From Gammaproteobacteria bacterium (GTDB lineage: Bacteria > Pseudomonadota > Gammaproteobacteria > Eutrophobiales > Eutrophobiaceae): a DNA stretch of 64,000 bases. Positions 17,829 to 31,979 of this stretch are shown here, piece by piece. Position 1 is the stretch's first letter. Each line of letters starts with the position of its first letter. The position numbers and the translations under genes are program-made. Under the pieces are notes generated by a model. That model was given only the letters and a program-made list of their open reading frames with translations. It searched no databases and was not told the origin of the DNA. Where the stretch lies: positions 2,701,384 through 2,765,383 of the forward strand of contig OZ244905.1 in assembly GCA_965221695.1 (NCBI GenBank). The letters run 5' to 3'.

Positions 17829-17980
17829 CCGAACATTCCGGTACGTACAGGAATTCAGTGAAACAAAGGGTCGCCCTCCGGGCGACACAGAATTTGACTG
17901 GACTCCCGCTTTCGCGGGAGTGGTACGGGGGAATACCTTGTTCTGTGCCAACAGTTACATGTAATCGGGGTGTGCAGAGA
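17829..17980 (+). repeat. REP-A copy plus shared extension
   Basis: ...cagtgaaacaaagggtcgccctccgggcgacacagaatttgactggactcccgctttcgcgggagtggtacggggg, followed by gaataccttg..caacagttacatgtaatcgggg. Confidence 0.85.
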
Positions 17981-18124
17981 GCTGATCATAAGGGTTTAGA
18001 GTTTGCAAACAACGTCTCGGATGAGATGACGTAATCAGGTCATGCCTGCTGGCGGTTTCTCCACATAACCGGCAGGGTTGCGACGGCGGGCCAGTAGTTT
18101 GTCAATTTCCCAGCGGGCGGCTGG

Positions 18125-21100
18125 TTAGACATCGGTGAGGCAGGTAGTCACTCCATTCAATTGTTTTGCGACCGGCAAGCCGTTTTTGAACAATATCCTG
18201 TTGGTATGCAAGGCCGGGATGCGGTCGCCGGGCAATATCACGCCTACCAGGTTCAGCGGATCGGTGGCGGAGATGACGACTGGAGGCAGCTCCTGCGTGG
18301 CGTTTTTCTGTTTCCTCAACAAGGCAATCGCCTCCGGTCGGGCAAATTGTTCGCCGGAGCAGCCTTCGACAAAATAACCGCCACGGATCTCGCCTCGCGC
18401 CTCCATGCGCCGGCACATATACAGCAGCTCTCTCCACGGCGGTAAGTCGGGTTCGCGTTCCAGTACCTTGCGGAACAGCACACCATAACGCTTCAGCAGG
18501 GTATCGACAACCGCGCTCAGCGTGTTTTCGTCCGTGCCCGGCCAGGCGCGCTGTTCCGGGGTTTCGGGGTCTTCCGTTGAACTGACAATGGCCGACCAGC
18601 GCCCTGCGGCATCGACGCTGTTCATGCTCGACGCTCGCCGGCGTCGCCTCCCATGGCCGTAGCCGGGGCGCTTGCTCTCCGGTGTGATCAGTGCCCGGAG
18701 CCCTGCGTAGCTGTCTGAGGTGACGGCGCCGCCAGCGGCCAGTTCAGCCAGCGCCGTTTCCACCTGGGTGCGCAGTAAACCGGTCTGTTGCGCCAGGTCC
18801 ATGAAAAATGATGCGCCCTGGCGCCGCAGGGTGTCCAGGGTTTTTGCTGCTGCGGACGATAACTTCCTGCCCTGGATCGCATCCGGCAGCAGAAGTTTCT
18901 GCCACAGGTCAAGGCGTTCACGGTCCAGCAGGGTGATGGGCGTGTTCCTCAGCAATACCGCTTTGCCCGCAGACATTTCATCCGCTGCAGCCCTGTGCCT
19001 GGCAGAACGCAGGCGCGACCAGACGATGCGGCCACTACTGCACAAGCGGTCCAGGGCCGCGCTGGAGTAGTCGTTCAGGCGGGCAGGCAGGATATCCTTT
19101 TCCCACGCAGCCGCGGCAATGGCGTAACCCTCCAGTTTTTCCAGCGCCGCCAGCAGCGCGGCGTCACCCTCGGGTCGTATTTCACCCATACCGTGCCACG
19201 CAAACAGGAAACGCATATAGCCGGCGGCTGTTACCGGTTTGATTTCCTGCCGTAACGATTGAATGGTATAGCGGTGCATCCTGGCGAGCAGGCCGCGCTC
19301 GCACCACTCTGTCTCCACGGCGTCAGGGCTGTACCGGCCCTGCATCGCATAGCCCTCGTTCTGCAATGCCAGCAGGGACGCGTTAACCTCGGTGGCGCTT
19401 GCGTCAAACAGTTCAGCCAACTCGGCTTCGGTCACGGGTCCGCAGCATTCGAGCCGGGCGCGCACAAGTTCGATCAGCGCGGACTCTCTGGCAGGTCTTC
19501 CTGTACCAAGGGCTGCCTCTGGCGGCATCTCGGATAACTGGATTTTTGCTTCCGCCGTGATGGCGGCAGAGGAGCGCCGGGATGGTGGGGAGGCAGCAGT
19601 ATCGATAGAAGAAGCAGGCGCTGGGGGCAAGCCGGCAGCCGCAGTGGTTGGCCCGCCGGCATATACTGCCTGAGCCTGGGGAAGCCGTTCGGCGCAAACC
19701 CATAGGGTCTGTTTGCCGGCGCGCAGCACGGTTGCGCGTTTCTCCTCCATAAGCCGAGGCAACCAGGGGCGACCGTCTGCCAGCGCCGGGTTATCGCCGC
19801 TGCCTTCGCGTGCACTCATCACGCCGGTAAGCATCAGCGCATCATGCAGTTCATCTGCGTCACGGAATGCCGGCCAGGCTTCACTGCGTACCTGGGCGAT
19901 GGCTTCCGGACTCAAGCGGGCAAGGTTTGCGGCGTCGGCCGGGTCCAGGAAGCGCCTGGCAATGACCGCGTTGGTGCGGCGTTCTTCCGCCGGCGCATCA
20001 TCCAGGAATGCATACGGCCGGGCGTTCAGGATTTCCTGTGCCAGCGGAGAGGGCCCGCCCAGGTCGCGGCAATGGAAGCGGATCCGGCCGTTCTCGTATG
20101 CCCGAAGAATTTCTTCCAGTCCGGCAATGTCCATCAGGTCGTTCAGGCAGTCGTTGACGGTCTGTTCTACCAGCGGATGCCGTGGTATTTCCCTTTCTCC
20201 GATGAGATTGTCCTGGCAGGCCAGTTGGTCGGGGAAGACCACCGCCATCAGGTCCTCGGCATCGCTGCGCTGGAACTGTGCGGGCACTTTCTGCCCGCCG
20301 CTGTTGCGCCTGACGGCCAGGGCCGTGGTGGCATTCCAGCGCCAGTGTGTGGGGAACATCGGCGTCGCCAGCAGCGCCTGGGTGACCGCGTCCCTGACGC
20401 TCGCGGAATTAAGGTAGCGGGTCACATCCTCCAGGGGAAAGCTGTGGATCGCGCCCAGGGATATGACAATGCTGTCGTCCAGGGCTGCGGCCTGCAACTC
20501 AAAATTGAACTGCCGGCAGAAGCGCTTGCGCAGGCCCAGGCCCCAGGCGCGGTTGATGCGGGAGCCGTAAGGGCTGTGCAGCACCAGGTGCTGGTCTCCT
20601 GCCTCGTCAAAAAAGCGCTCGAACACGACATCCTGCCGGGTCGGGACGCGTCCCAGGGCGGCGCGCGCGCCGGCCAGGTGATCGGTCAACTGGCGTGCAG
20701 CCGCCTCGTTCAGATTTAATTCGCCAACCAGCCAGTGATATGCGGTATCCCCGCCCTGCGCCAGTTTTTCATCCATGACGCTGCGCAGGCGTGAGACCGC
20801 ACGACTCAGTTCATCGGACCGGCCCGGCGCCTCGCCGAACCAGAACGGAATGTTCGGAGGCTGGCCTTGTGCGTCCGCAACCCGCACTTTGCTCTGTTCG
20901 ACCTTGAGGATGCGATACGAGGTATTGCCCAGTTGGAAGATGTCGCCAGGCAGGCTCTCGAATGCAAAATCTTCGTTCAATGTCCCGATAAAATGGCCCT
21001 CCGGTTCCAACACCACATCGTAATCGAACTGGTCCGGTATCACCCCGCCGTTGGTAACGGCAGTCAGCCTCGCGCTCTTCCTGGGCCGGATGCGCTTGTT

Positions 21101-22516
21101 GACGCTGTCATGGTGGATGTACCGGCTGCGCCGGCCGCGGCGCGTGGAAAACCCCTGCGCCAGCATGCCCAATACCTCCGTGAATTTCTGCCGCGTCAGT
21201 TCCCGGTACGGGTAAGCGTGCGTCACTTGCCGGAACAATTCATCTTCCTGCAACTCCGCGCAGGCAGCCTCCGCGACCAGGTGCTGCGCGAGCACATCCA
21301 GGTGGCCCTCAGGTATGGCGAGCCGGTCCAGCTCGTCACGCCGCGCCGCGTCCAGCAACGCCGCGCATTCCACCAGGTCATCCCGGCTCAGCGGGAACAG
21401 TCGTCCCTTTGGAGTCGCACCCAGGTGGTGGCCGGAACGTCCAACCCGTTGCAGGAACACGGCAATGGATCGGGGCGAGCCAAGCTGGCACACCAGGTCC
21501 ACATCTCCGATGTCGATGCCCAGTTCCAGCGATGCAGTCGCGACCAGCGCCTTGAGTTCTCCCCGTTTCAGCCGTTGTTCCGCATTCAGGCGATGTTCTT
21601 TTGCCAGGCTGCCGTGATGGGCGGTCACATTTTCTTCACCTACCCGTTCCGCCAGCGCGCGCGCGGCCCGTTCGGCCAGGCGGCGGGTATTGACGAAGAT
21701 CAGCGTGGTCCTGTGCTGCCCAATCAGGTCAGCCAGCCGAGCGTACAATTCCAGCCATACCTCGCCGGCCATCACGGCTTCCAAGGGTGAGTCGGTAAGC
21801 GCCAGCGCGATGTCCATACGCCTGGCATGGCCGCGATCCAGGATGTTGCACTGTTGCTCCCGGTTACCGATCAGGAACCGGGCAATCTCTTCTATCGGCC
21901 GTTGAGTCGCAGACAGGCCGATACGCGCGAACGGGCGTCCGGTGAGCGCCTCCAGCCGTTCCAGTGAAAGCGCCAGGTGCGCCCCCCGTTTGTTTGGCGC
22001 CAGGGCATGAATCTCGTCAATGATCACGTTGCGCACGGTTTGCAGCATATTTCTACCGGAACTGCTGGTGAGCAGGATATAAAGGGATTCCGGGGTGGTG
22101 ACCAGGATATGGGGTGGCGTGCGCCGCATACGCTCGCGCGCTGCCTGCGTGGTATCACCGGTTCGCACCAGGGCGCGGATGTCCGCCGTCGCCAAGCCCT
22201 GTGCCTGCATCCTGTCGCGGATGCCTTGCAGCGGTCCCTGCAGGTTCTTCTGTATATCGTTGGACAAGGCCTTCAGAGGAGAGACATACAGGATATACGT
22301 CTCATCAGCAAGCCGGCCGGCCACAGCTTCCCGCACCAGGTCGTCAATGGCCGCGAGGAACGCGGCCAAGGTCTTGCCGCTACCGGTCGGGGCGGCAATC
22401 AGGGCATGTTTGCCCTGTTTTATCGCAGGCCAGGCGTCCTCCTGTACCGGCGTCGGTCCGGCAAATTCACTGTTAAACCAGGACGCGGTCACCGGGTGAA
22501 AAATATCGGTTGACAT
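18125..22516 (-). CDS. lhr: Lhr-family large ATP-dependent DEAD/DEAH helicase (1463 aa)
   Basis: N-terminus PTPVQEDAWPAIKQGKHALIAAPTGSGKTLAAFL, DEIH box, HHGSL motif, and the long Lhr-type C-terminal extension. Confidence 0.9.
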   Translation of the reverse strand: MSTDIFHPVTASWFNSEFAGPTPVQEDAWPAIKQGKHALIAAPTGSGKTLAAFLAAIDDLVREAVAGRLADETYILYVSPLKALSNDIQKNLQGPLQGIRDRMQAQGLATADIRALVRTGDTTQAARERMRRTPPHILVTTPESLYILLTSSSGRNMLQTVRNVIIDEIHALAPNKRGAHLALSLERLEALTGRPFARIGLSATQRPIEEIARFLIGNREQQCNILDRGHARRMDIALALTDSPLEAVMAGEVWLELYARLADLIGQHRTTLIFVNTRRLAERAARALAERVGEENVTAHHGSLAKEHRLNAEQRLKRGELKALVATASLELGIDIGDVDLVCQLGSPRSIAVFLQRVGRSGHHLGATPKGRLFPLSRDDLVECAALLDAARRDELDRLAIPEGHLDVLAQHLVAEAACAELQEDELFRQVTHAYPYRELTRQKFTEVLGMLAQGFSTRRGRRSRYIHHDSVNKRIRPRKSARLTAVTNGGVIPDQFDYDVVLEPEGHFIGTLNEDFAFESLPGDIFQLGNTSYRILKVEQSKVRVADAQGQPPNIPFWFGEAPGRSDELSRAVSRLRSVMDEKLAQGGDTAYHWLVGELNLNEAAARQLTDHLAGARAALGRVPTRQDVVFERFFDEAGDQHLVLHSPYGSRINRAWGLGLRKRFCRQFNFELQAAALDDSIVISLGAIHSFPLEDVTRYLNSASVRDAVTQALLATPMFPTHWRWNATTALAVRRNSGGQKVPAQFQRSDAEDLMAVVFPDQLACQDNLIGEREIPRHPLVEQTVNDCLNDLMDIAGLEEILRAYENGRIRFHCRDLGGPSPLAQEILNARPYAFLDDAPAEERRTNAVIARRFLDPADAANLARLSPEAIAQVRSEAWPAFRDADELHDALMLTGVMSAREGSGDNPALADGRPWLPRLMEEKRATVLRAGKQTLWVCAERLPQAQAVYAGGPTTAAAGLPPAPASSIDTAASPPSRRSSAAITAEAKIQLSEMPPEAALGTGRPARESALIELVRARLECCGPVTEAELAELFDASATEVNASLLALQNEGYAMQGRYSPDAVETEWCERGLLARMHRYTIQSLRQEIKPVTAAGYMRFLFAWHGMGEIRPEGDAALLAALEKLEGYAIAAAAWEKDILPARLNDYSSAALDRLCSSGRIVWSRLRSARHRAAADEMSAGKAVLLRNTPITLLDRERLDLWQKLLLPDAIQGRKLSSAAAKTLDTLRRQGASFFMDLAQQTGLLRTQVETALAELAAGGAVTSDSYAGLRALITPESKRPGYGHGRRRRRASSMNSVDAAGRWSAIVSSTEDPETPEQRAWPGTDENTLSAVVDTLLKRYGVLFRKVLEREPDLPPWRELLYMCRRMEARGEIRGGYFVEGCSGEQFARPEAIALLRKQKNATQELPPVVISATDPLNLVGVILPGDRIPALHTNRILFKNGLPVAKQLNGVTTCLTDV

Positions 22517-22538
22517 AAGAGAACAGTTTATCCGAAAC

Positions 22539-22698
22539 TTAAGGAACCTCTGATTAAGTCAGAGGTTCCTACGATACAAGGATGTATCGTCAATATCAAT
22601 GACTGTAAGGCATTGATATTGTGAGGAAAACAAAAATCGCATTTTTGTTTTCCGTACTCTGACAAGTCCTGGATGGACTTGTTCAGAGTTTTCTTAAG
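22539..22698 (-). repeat. MITE-B element, full copy, inverted orientation
   Basis: Reverse complement of the 60745-60900 copy with few differences. Confidence 0.9.
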
Positions 22699-22845
22699 TT
22701 CCAGGGGGACGGATTTCAAGCATGCCCTGTATGTTGTAAACAGTACGCCGTCCCTGTACATCAAACAGAAACTTAAAAAATTGCCCAAAGGCAGGCTTAA
22801 GCGCAAACATAAGGGCTTGCCGTTGGCAGCGTGAGGATACCTTGA

Positions 22846-23244
22846 ATGAGCGAAGAGCTGCTGACACATAAAGGCGGCTGCCATTGCGGCGCGGTGAAGT
22901 TCGAGGTGGATGCCCCCGCTGCGATCACCGTGATGGACTGTAACTGCTCCATCTGCCGGATGAGCGGCTACTTGCACCTGCAGGTCCCGAGGTCGCGCTT
23001 CCGGCTGCTGCGAGGCAAGGATGCGCTGTCGACCTACACTTTCAATACCGGTGTCGCGCAACACTATTTCTGCGGCGCTTGCGGCGTCAAGTCATTCTAC
23101 GTGCCGCGCTCATTCCCCGAGGGCTACAGCGTCAACCTCAACTGCCTCGACCGGTCACAGGTAATAAACGTTACGGTGGAAAAGTTTGACGGTGACAACT
23201 GGGAAGCGGCATATAACAGAAAAAAACACACGCCGGTTGATTAA
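22846..23244 (+). CDS. GFA / CENP-V family (glutathione-dependent formaldehyde-activating-like) protein
   Basis: GGCHCGAV...CNCSIC...FCGACG cysteine pattern. Confidence 0.8.
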   Translation: MSEELLTHKGGCHCGAVKFEVDAPAAITVMDCNCSICRMSGYLHLQVPRSRFRLLRGKDALSTYTFNTGVAQHYFCGACGVKSFYVPRSFPEGYSVNLNCLDRSQVINVTVEKFDGDNWEAAYNRKKHTPVD

Positions 23245-23275
23245 GAGAACCTCTGAGATTAAGTCAGAGGTTCCT
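23243..23275. repeat. Solo MITE-B terminal hairpin
   Basis: aagagaacctctgagattaagtcagaggttcct lies between two convergent genes and overlaps both stop codons. Confidence 0.75.
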
Positions 23276-23866
23276 GAGCTTCTCCAGGTCGGCGGGCACA
23301 TCAAGGTCAAATTCGGCTTCGGCAAGAGGGAGTGTGCTGACCCGGTCGGCGTTGTTTTTCAGCATTAATTTTGCCCCAGTATCGCCTTTCAGCGCCAGCA
23401 ATTGCGGGTAAAACTCTGCGGGAATGATGGCCGGTGTGCCGATGACGCCGGCGTAGCGGGCGGCTGCTATATCGGACGGGCTGGCAAGCCAAAGGTTGAG
23501 CAGGCTGTTCAGGTGCTGCTGAGTAACCAGCGCCTGGTCGCACAAGGTAATCATCACGGCCGGACAGTCCGGCTCAAGACTGCGCACTCCTGCTTGAACA
23601 GAGGATGCCAGCCCCTGGCGCCAATCCTTGTTGAGCGCTATGTTGACTCCCAGGTCGTCGACAGCTTGTGCGACGGCCTCCGAGTTGGCGCCGACGACCA
23701 CATTGATCCGGCCGGGCGCGAACAGCGCCAGGAGCTTGTTCACGGCAAGCCGCACCAGGCTGGAACCCTTTATTTCAACCAGTTGTTTACACTGGCCGTA
23801 CCTGCTTGAACCTCCCGCCGCCAGAACTACCGCGGCCGCATTTTGCTCCAGGTTTGACGTCTTCAC
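23264..23866 (-). CDS. MobA/MocA-like nucleotidyltransferase (molybdenum cofactor cytidylyltransferase family)
   Basis: N-terminus AVVLAAGGSSRYGQCKQL matches the LAAGxSxRxGxxK signature. Length 200 aa. Confidence 0.7.
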   Translation of the reverse strand: MKTSNLEQNAAAVVLAAGGSSRYGQCKQLVEIKGSSLVRLAVNKLLALFAPGRINVVVGANSEAVAQAVDDLGVNIALNKDWRQGLASSVQAGVRSLEPDCPAVMITLCDQALVTQQHLNSLLNLWLASPSDIAAARYAGVIGTPAIIPAEFYPQLLALKGDTGAKLMLKNNADRVSTLPLAEAEFDLDVPADLEKLRNL

Positions 23867-24039
23867 GGTTTCAGCCTCTACTGGACTCGCTTAAGGTTAA
23901 TTTGCAAGCGCTGTGCCGGAAAGTTATTGGTGTTAAGCTTACATTGCGCTCCCAGGCTAATGCCGCGCTATGCAGGCCGGAAGCCGACCTCAGCCGTCAG
24001 AGCCAGTGCGGGGAGGCTCAGCGGTGGTAGGCGTCAGTA

Positions 24040-24161
24040 TAGCACAGGCCAAGGTATTGCCCCGTACCACTCCCGCAACAGCGGGAGTCCAGTCAAATAA
24101 GTGTCGCCCGCAGGGCGACTCATCTGTTTACTGGATTCCCGTTTTCACGGGAATGGTACGG
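24040..24161 (-). repeat. REP-A copy (inverted) with part of the extension
   Basis: ccaaggtattgccccgtaccactcccgcaacagcgggagtccagt...gtcgcccgcagggcgac...attcccgttttcacgggaatggtacgg. Confidence 0.85.
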
Positions 24162-24340
24162 AGCGCACGTCAGTTAGTAAAACGTACACAAAAAACCAAT
24201 CGACACCGAAGCCCTTGATTTAGTACACTGTACCATGTTGGTAGACGGGAGTAATCGGAAGATTGCTCCCGTTTTATATGTGTATTGCTATAGCCTGAAT
24301 TTTCTATCAGTTGATGCGAAGTTCGGGTGAATGGAGGAAT

Positions 24341-25474
24341 TTGTTGGGTCATACGGCTTTACTTGCGCTGGCGGATGGCAGTCTCTTCTACGGCGATTCC
24401 ATCGGCGTTGACGGTGCGGCCGTGGGGGAAGTGGTGTTCAATACCTCAATGACGGGCTACCAGGAGATTCTGACGGACCCATCCTACTGCCGCCAAATCA
24501 TTACGTTTACCCAACCGCAGATCGGCAATGTGGGCGTCAATTCGGAAGATATGGAGTCCGCCCGGGTATACGCGTCCGGCATGATCATCAAGCAGGCGCC
24601 CTATCTGCCGAGCAACTGGCGCAACGAGCAATCCCTCACCGACTACCTGGTTGCCAACGAAGTCGTCGCTATTGCGAATATCGATACCCGGCGCCTGACC
24701 CGGCTGTTGCGGGACCAGGGCGCACAAAGCGGTTGCATTGTAGCCGGCGAGCGGCCGGAGGCCGAGCGCGCGCTGGCGCTGGCCCGGGACTTCCCCGGAC
24801 TCAAAGGCATGGACCTCGCCCGTGAAGTCACGACTGCGCAAAACTACCGCTGGCAAGAGGGTGTCTGGTCGTTGGGAGAAGGCCACCGGCGACCGGAGAC
24901 GGCGCGCAAGAAAAAGGTTGTCGCCTATGATTTCGGTGTGAAAAAGAACATCTTGCGCATTCTCTGCGACCTGGGCTGTGAACTGGACGTGGCGCCGGCG
25001 ACCACGAGCGCGCAACAGACGTTGTCCAGTGCGCCTGACGGCGTATTTTTATCCAACGGTCCCGGCGACCCCGAGCCTTGTGATTATGCGATAAACGCGA
25101 TCAGGGAGATTGTGGACGCGGGAATCCCCACCTTCGGTATTTGCCTGGGACACCAGTTGCTGGGGTTGGCCTGCGGCGCGGAAACGGTGAAAATGAAGTT
25201 CGGCCATCATGGCGGTAACCACCCGGTGCAGGAACTGGCGACCGGCAGGGTGATGATCACCAGCCAGAACCACGGTTTTACCGTTGCGGAAGATTCCATC
25301 CCGGACACTTTGACGGTCACGCACCGGTCATTGTTCGACGATACGGTACAGGGCATCCATCACCGGGAACTCCCGGCGTTCGGTTTCCAGGGCCACCCTG
25401 AAGCCAGCCCCGGTCCCCATGACCTCAAGCCGTTGTTCGACCACTTCATGGACCTGATGGAAGCAAACAAATGA
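24341..25474 (+). CDS. carA: Carbamoyl-phosphate synthase small subunit
   Basis: [14 protein letters not shown]-terminus and the GICLGHQ glutaminase site. The start is probably a TTG near 24341-24344, after a GGAGG; the track ORF starts at 24311. Confidence 0.95.
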   Translation: MLGHTALLALADGSLFYGDSIGVDGAAVGEVVFNTSMTGYQEILTDPSYCRQIITFTQPQIGNVGVNSEDMESARVYASGMIIKQAPYLPSNWRNEQSLTDYLVANEVVAIANIDTRRLTRLLRDQGAQSGCIVAGERPEAERALALARDFPGLKGMDLAREVTTAQNYRWQEGVWSLGEGHRRPETARKKKVVAYDFGVKKNILRILCDLGCELDVAPATTSAQQTLSSAPDGVFLSNGPGDPEPCDYAINAIREIVDAGIPTFGICLGHQLLGLACGAETVKMKFGHHGGNHPVQELATGRVMITSQNHGFTVAEDSIPDTLTVTHRSLFDDTVQGIHHRELPAFGFQGHPEASPGPHDLKPLFDHFMDLMEANK

Positions 25475-25505
25475 AATCGCTGTGTCCTCTGTGGCTGACA
25501 GATAC

Positions 25506-28715
<3,210 letters not shown>

Positions 28716-28722
28716 CAACAAA

Positions 28723-29199
28723 ATGAACAGAATGCCAATGACAGCTATAGGCGCCGAGCGTTTACGCCGCCAGTTGCACACATTGAAAACGGTAGAGCGC
28801 CCCGGAATCATCCAGTCCCTGGCGGAGGCCAGGGCGCATGGAGACCTTAGCGAAAATGCCGAATATCATGCCGCGCGCGAACGTCAGAGTTTTATTGAAG
28901 GTCGCATCGCGACCATAGAAGAGGCGCTAGCCGTCGCGGAAATCATTGACGTGACGAAAATCGACGCGGACGGTAAAATCGTTTTCGGCGCAACGGCAGA
29001 ATTACTTAATCTTGATACAGAACAAGAAGCCCGTTACCAGATTGTGGGGGAGATGGAAGCGGATATTGACCAGGGACTGCTGTCCGTAAATGCCCCGATA
29101 GCCCGGGCCATGATTGGCAAGGAAGAGGGTGATATCATTCAGGTCGATGCGCCTGGAGGTGTGGTCGAATACGAGATCCTGTCGGTTGCGTATATTTGA
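28723..29199 (+). CDS. greA: Transcription elongation factor GreA
   Basis: The ATG at 28723 gives 158 aa. The sequence contains [15 protein letters not shown]. Confidence 0.95.
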   Translation: MNRMPMTAIGAERLRRQLHTLKTVERPGIIQSLAEARAHGDLSENAEYHAARERQSFIEGRIATIEEALAVAEIIDVTKIDADGKIVFGATAELLNLDTEQEARYQIVGEMEADIDQGLLSVNAPIARAMIGKEEGDIIQVDAPGGVVEYEILSVAYI

Positions 29200-29251
29200 C
29201 GTCACAGGGACGGTATGCGGCGCGCTTCCCGCGCGCTAATAATGTCGAGAT

Positions 29252-29866
29252 ATGTCTAAAAGTTCCAAACGCTGGCTGCAGGAACATAACCGGGATAGGT
29301 ACGTTAACCTGGCCCGGAGCCGGCGACTGCGTTCTCGCGCGGTGTTCAAACTTGAGGAGTTGGACCGGCGTCACAGACTGTTCCGCCCGGGACAGACGGT
29401 GCTTGACCTGGGCGCGGCGCCGGGTAGCTGGTCAGCCTACGTGGCTGAAAAGGTTAGGCCCGACGGCAAAGTCATCGCGGTCGACTTGCTGGCGATGCGG
29501 CCTATTGCCGATGTGATCTTCCTGCAAGCTGACCTGAGCAATGCAGCCAACCTGCAGAATTGTATCGCCCGGCTGAGCGAATACCGCGTTGACCTTGTAA
29601 TTTCTGATATGGCCCCCAATTTATCAGGCATAGCTGCCGCGGATCAGGCCAACAGTCTGAAACTGGCGGAAACCGCTCTCCGAATAGCCTGTTCGGCGCT
29701 GCGCGGTAACGGGCATTTTCTGGTCAAGCTGTTTCAAGGAGCTGACAGCGACGCATTCAGAAAGCAATTGACGGAGAAATTTGCTAAAGTATCAGTGAGC
29801 AAGCCGAAGGCGTCGAGGACGAACTCCAGTGAGGTATACATCCTGGCAAAAGGTTATGAGGTTTAA
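29252..29866 (+). CDS. rlmE: 23S rRNA (uridine2552-2'-O)-methyltransferase RlmE/FtsJ
   Basis: SKRWLQEH..., the DLGAAPGSWS SAM motif, and the conserved position before ftsH. Confidence 0.95.
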   Translation: MSKSSKRWLQEHNRDRYVNLARSRRLRSRAVFKLEELDRRHRLFRPGQTVLDLGAAPGSWSAYVAEKVRPDGKVIAVDLLAMRPIADVIFLQADLSNAANLQNCIARLSEYRVDLVISDMAPNLSGIAAADQANSLKLAETALRIACSALRGNGHFLVKLFQGADSDAFRKQLTEKFAKVSVSKPKASRTNSSEVYILAKGYEV

Positions 29867-29902
29867 GAAAGCTTTGAACAAGTCCATCGTTGATCTGTCA
29901 GG
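29866..29902 (+). repeat. MITE-B fragment (degenerate first hairpin)
   Basis: aagaaagctttgaacaagtccatcgttgatctgtcagg lies directly after the rlmE stop. Confidence 0.55.
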
Positions 29903-29984
29903 TGATGCAAACAATGTAAGTGATAGGATGTATGCTGGCAGGCGCTCGTCCGTTTGTTGAGATAAAGCTCAGGCATAAGGCGTT

Positions 29985-31910
29985 ATGATAAAAAGTATAT
30001 TATTGTGGGTAGTCATCGCCCTGGTCATGATGATGGTATTTCAGAATTTTGGGGCCCGGCCCATCGATACCACCATTCCCTATTCGCAGTTTATTCTGGA
30101 TGTAAAAACAGGCAAAGTGCTCTCCGTCATTATCGAGGGCAACACCATCTCCGGCAACCTGGCGGATGGGTCCCGGTTCAACACGTACAGTCCGGAAACC
30201 AGCAATGATGCCCTGATTGGCACCCTGCTGGATAATAACGTGGAGGTGCTGGGCGCCGAGCCCAATAAGAATTCGTTTTGGGCGCACGCTTTTATCTCCT
30301 GGTTTCCTATCTTACTGTTACTGGGCATTTGGATTTACTTCATGCGCCAGATGCAGGGTGGCGGCGGCCGCGGCGCGCTATCGTTTGGCAAGAGCCGGGC
30401 GCGACTGTTGAATGAAGACCAGGTGAAGATTACATTTAACGATGTTGCCGGCGTTGAGGAGGCGAAAGAAGAAGTCGTCGAGCTGGTTGAATTCCTGCGC
30501 GATCCGGGCAAGTTCCAGAAACTGGGAGGTAAGATTCCACGGGGCGTATTGATGGTAGGCTCACCGGGCACAGGCAAGACCCTACTGGCGAAAGCGATAG
30601 CCGGTGAGGCGCAGGTTCCGTTTTTTACCATTTCCGGTTCGGATTTCGTGGAAATGTTCGTCGGCGTAGGCGCCTCGAGGGTGCGCGACATGTTTGAACA
30701 GGCGAAAAAACACGCGCCCTGTATCATCTTCATTGATGAAATCGATGCGGTAGGACGCCACCGCGGCGCTGGTCTTGGCGGCGGTCATGATGAACGTGAA
30801 CAGACACTCAACCAGCTTCTGGTTGAAATGGATGGGTTTGAAGGCAACGAAGGCATTATCGTCATAGCCGCGACCAACCGGCCCGATGTGCTGGATCCGG
30901 CTTTGCTGCGCCCTGGGCGGTTTGACCGGCAAGTGGTCGTCCCATTGCCGGATATCCGGGGGCGTGAACAGATTCTCAAGGTGCATTTGCGCAAGGTCGC
31001 ATTAGCCGATGATGTTGATCCCTCTATCATCGCGCGCGGCACGCCCGGGTTTTCCGGAGCGGACCTGGCCAACCTGATTAACGAAGCGGCGCTGTTCGCG
31101 GCGCGGGCCAACAAGGAACAGGTTGACATGGAGGAGTTTGAACGGGCTAAGGATAAGGTGATGATGGGCGCCGAGCGGCGTTCCATGGTGATGACTGATG
31201 AGGAAAAGAAACTCACTGCCTACCACGAAGCTGGTCATGCCATTGTCGGACGGCTTGTTCCCAATCATGATCCAGTCTACAAGGTTACTATTATTCCGCG
31301 CGGACGCGCCCTGGGTGTCACCATGTTCCTGCCGGAACAGGACAGGTTGAGCTATTCCCGAGAGTTTTTGCAGAGCCAAATCTGTTCCCTGTTCGGCGGC
31401 CGTATCGCCGAGAGCCTGATTTTCGGAGAAGATGCCGTCACAACAGGGGCGAGCAACGATATAGAGCGCGCCACGCTGCTGGCAAGAAACATGGTAACCA
31501 AATGGGGGCTGTCCGAAAAAATGGGACCGCTCGCCTACCAGGAGGATGAAGGAGAAGTCTTCCTGGGACATTCCGTGACCAAGCACTCAACTGTTTCCGC
31601 TGCCACACAGAATGATATTGACGCAGAGGTAAGGCGCATCATTGATTTGAACTATCAGCGCGCAAAAGAGTTGCTTGAAGCAAACATGGAGAAGCTGCAC
31701 ATGATGGCGGAGGCCCTGGTCAAGTATGAAACCATCGATACCGGTCAGATTGACAGCATCATGGAAGGCAAGGAGCCCGGACCGCCGGCTGATTGGCGCA
31801 ATAATCATAAGACGCGTGGCACACAGTCCGGACCTGATGAAACACAGCAGAAAACCGATGATGAGCCAGTTGAAGGCCCTGCCATGGACGGGCCGGCCCG
31901 TCCAGCCTGA
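29985..31910 (+). CDS. ftsH: ATP-dependent zinc metalloprotease FtsH
   Basis: Two N-terminal TM helices, the AAA module (GPPGTGKT-like [11 protein letters not shown]) and the HEAGH zinc site. Confidence 0.98.
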   Translation: MIKSILLWVVIALVMMMVFQNFGARPIDTTIPYSQFILDVKTGKVLSVIIEGNTISGNLADGSRFNTYSPETSNDALIGTLLDNNVEVLGAEPNKNSFWAHAFISWFPILLLLGIWIYFMRQMQGGGGRGALSFGKSRARLLNEDQVKITFNDVAGVEEAKEEVVELVEFLRDPGKFQKLGGKIPRGVLMVGSPGTGKTLLAKAIAGEAQVPFFTISGSDFVEMFVGVGASRVRDMFEQAKKHAPCIIFIDEIDAVGRHRGAGLGGGHDEREQTLNQLLVEMDGFEGNEGIIVIAATNRPDVLDPALLRPGRFDRQVVVPLPDIRGREQILKVHLRKVALADDVDPSIIARGTPGFSGADLANLINEAALFAARANKEQVDMEEFERAKDKVMMGAERRSMVMTDEEKKLTAYHEAGHAIVGRLVPNHDPVYKVTIIPRGRALGVTMFLPEQDRLSYSREFLQSQICSLFGGRIAESLIFGEDAVTTGASNDIERATLLARNMVTKWGLSEKMGPLAYQEDEGEVFLGHSVTKHSTVSAATQNDIDAEVRRIIDLNYQRAKELLEANMEKLHMMAEALVKYETIDTGQIDSIMEGKEPGPPADWRNNHKTRGTQSGPDETQQKTDDEPVEGPAMDGPARPA

Positions 31911-31979
31911 AGTATAACCTCTCAGCCACGGAACAGGTTGTCCCGGGTTTTCTTGCCGCCAGCAACAATTCTCTATCGT

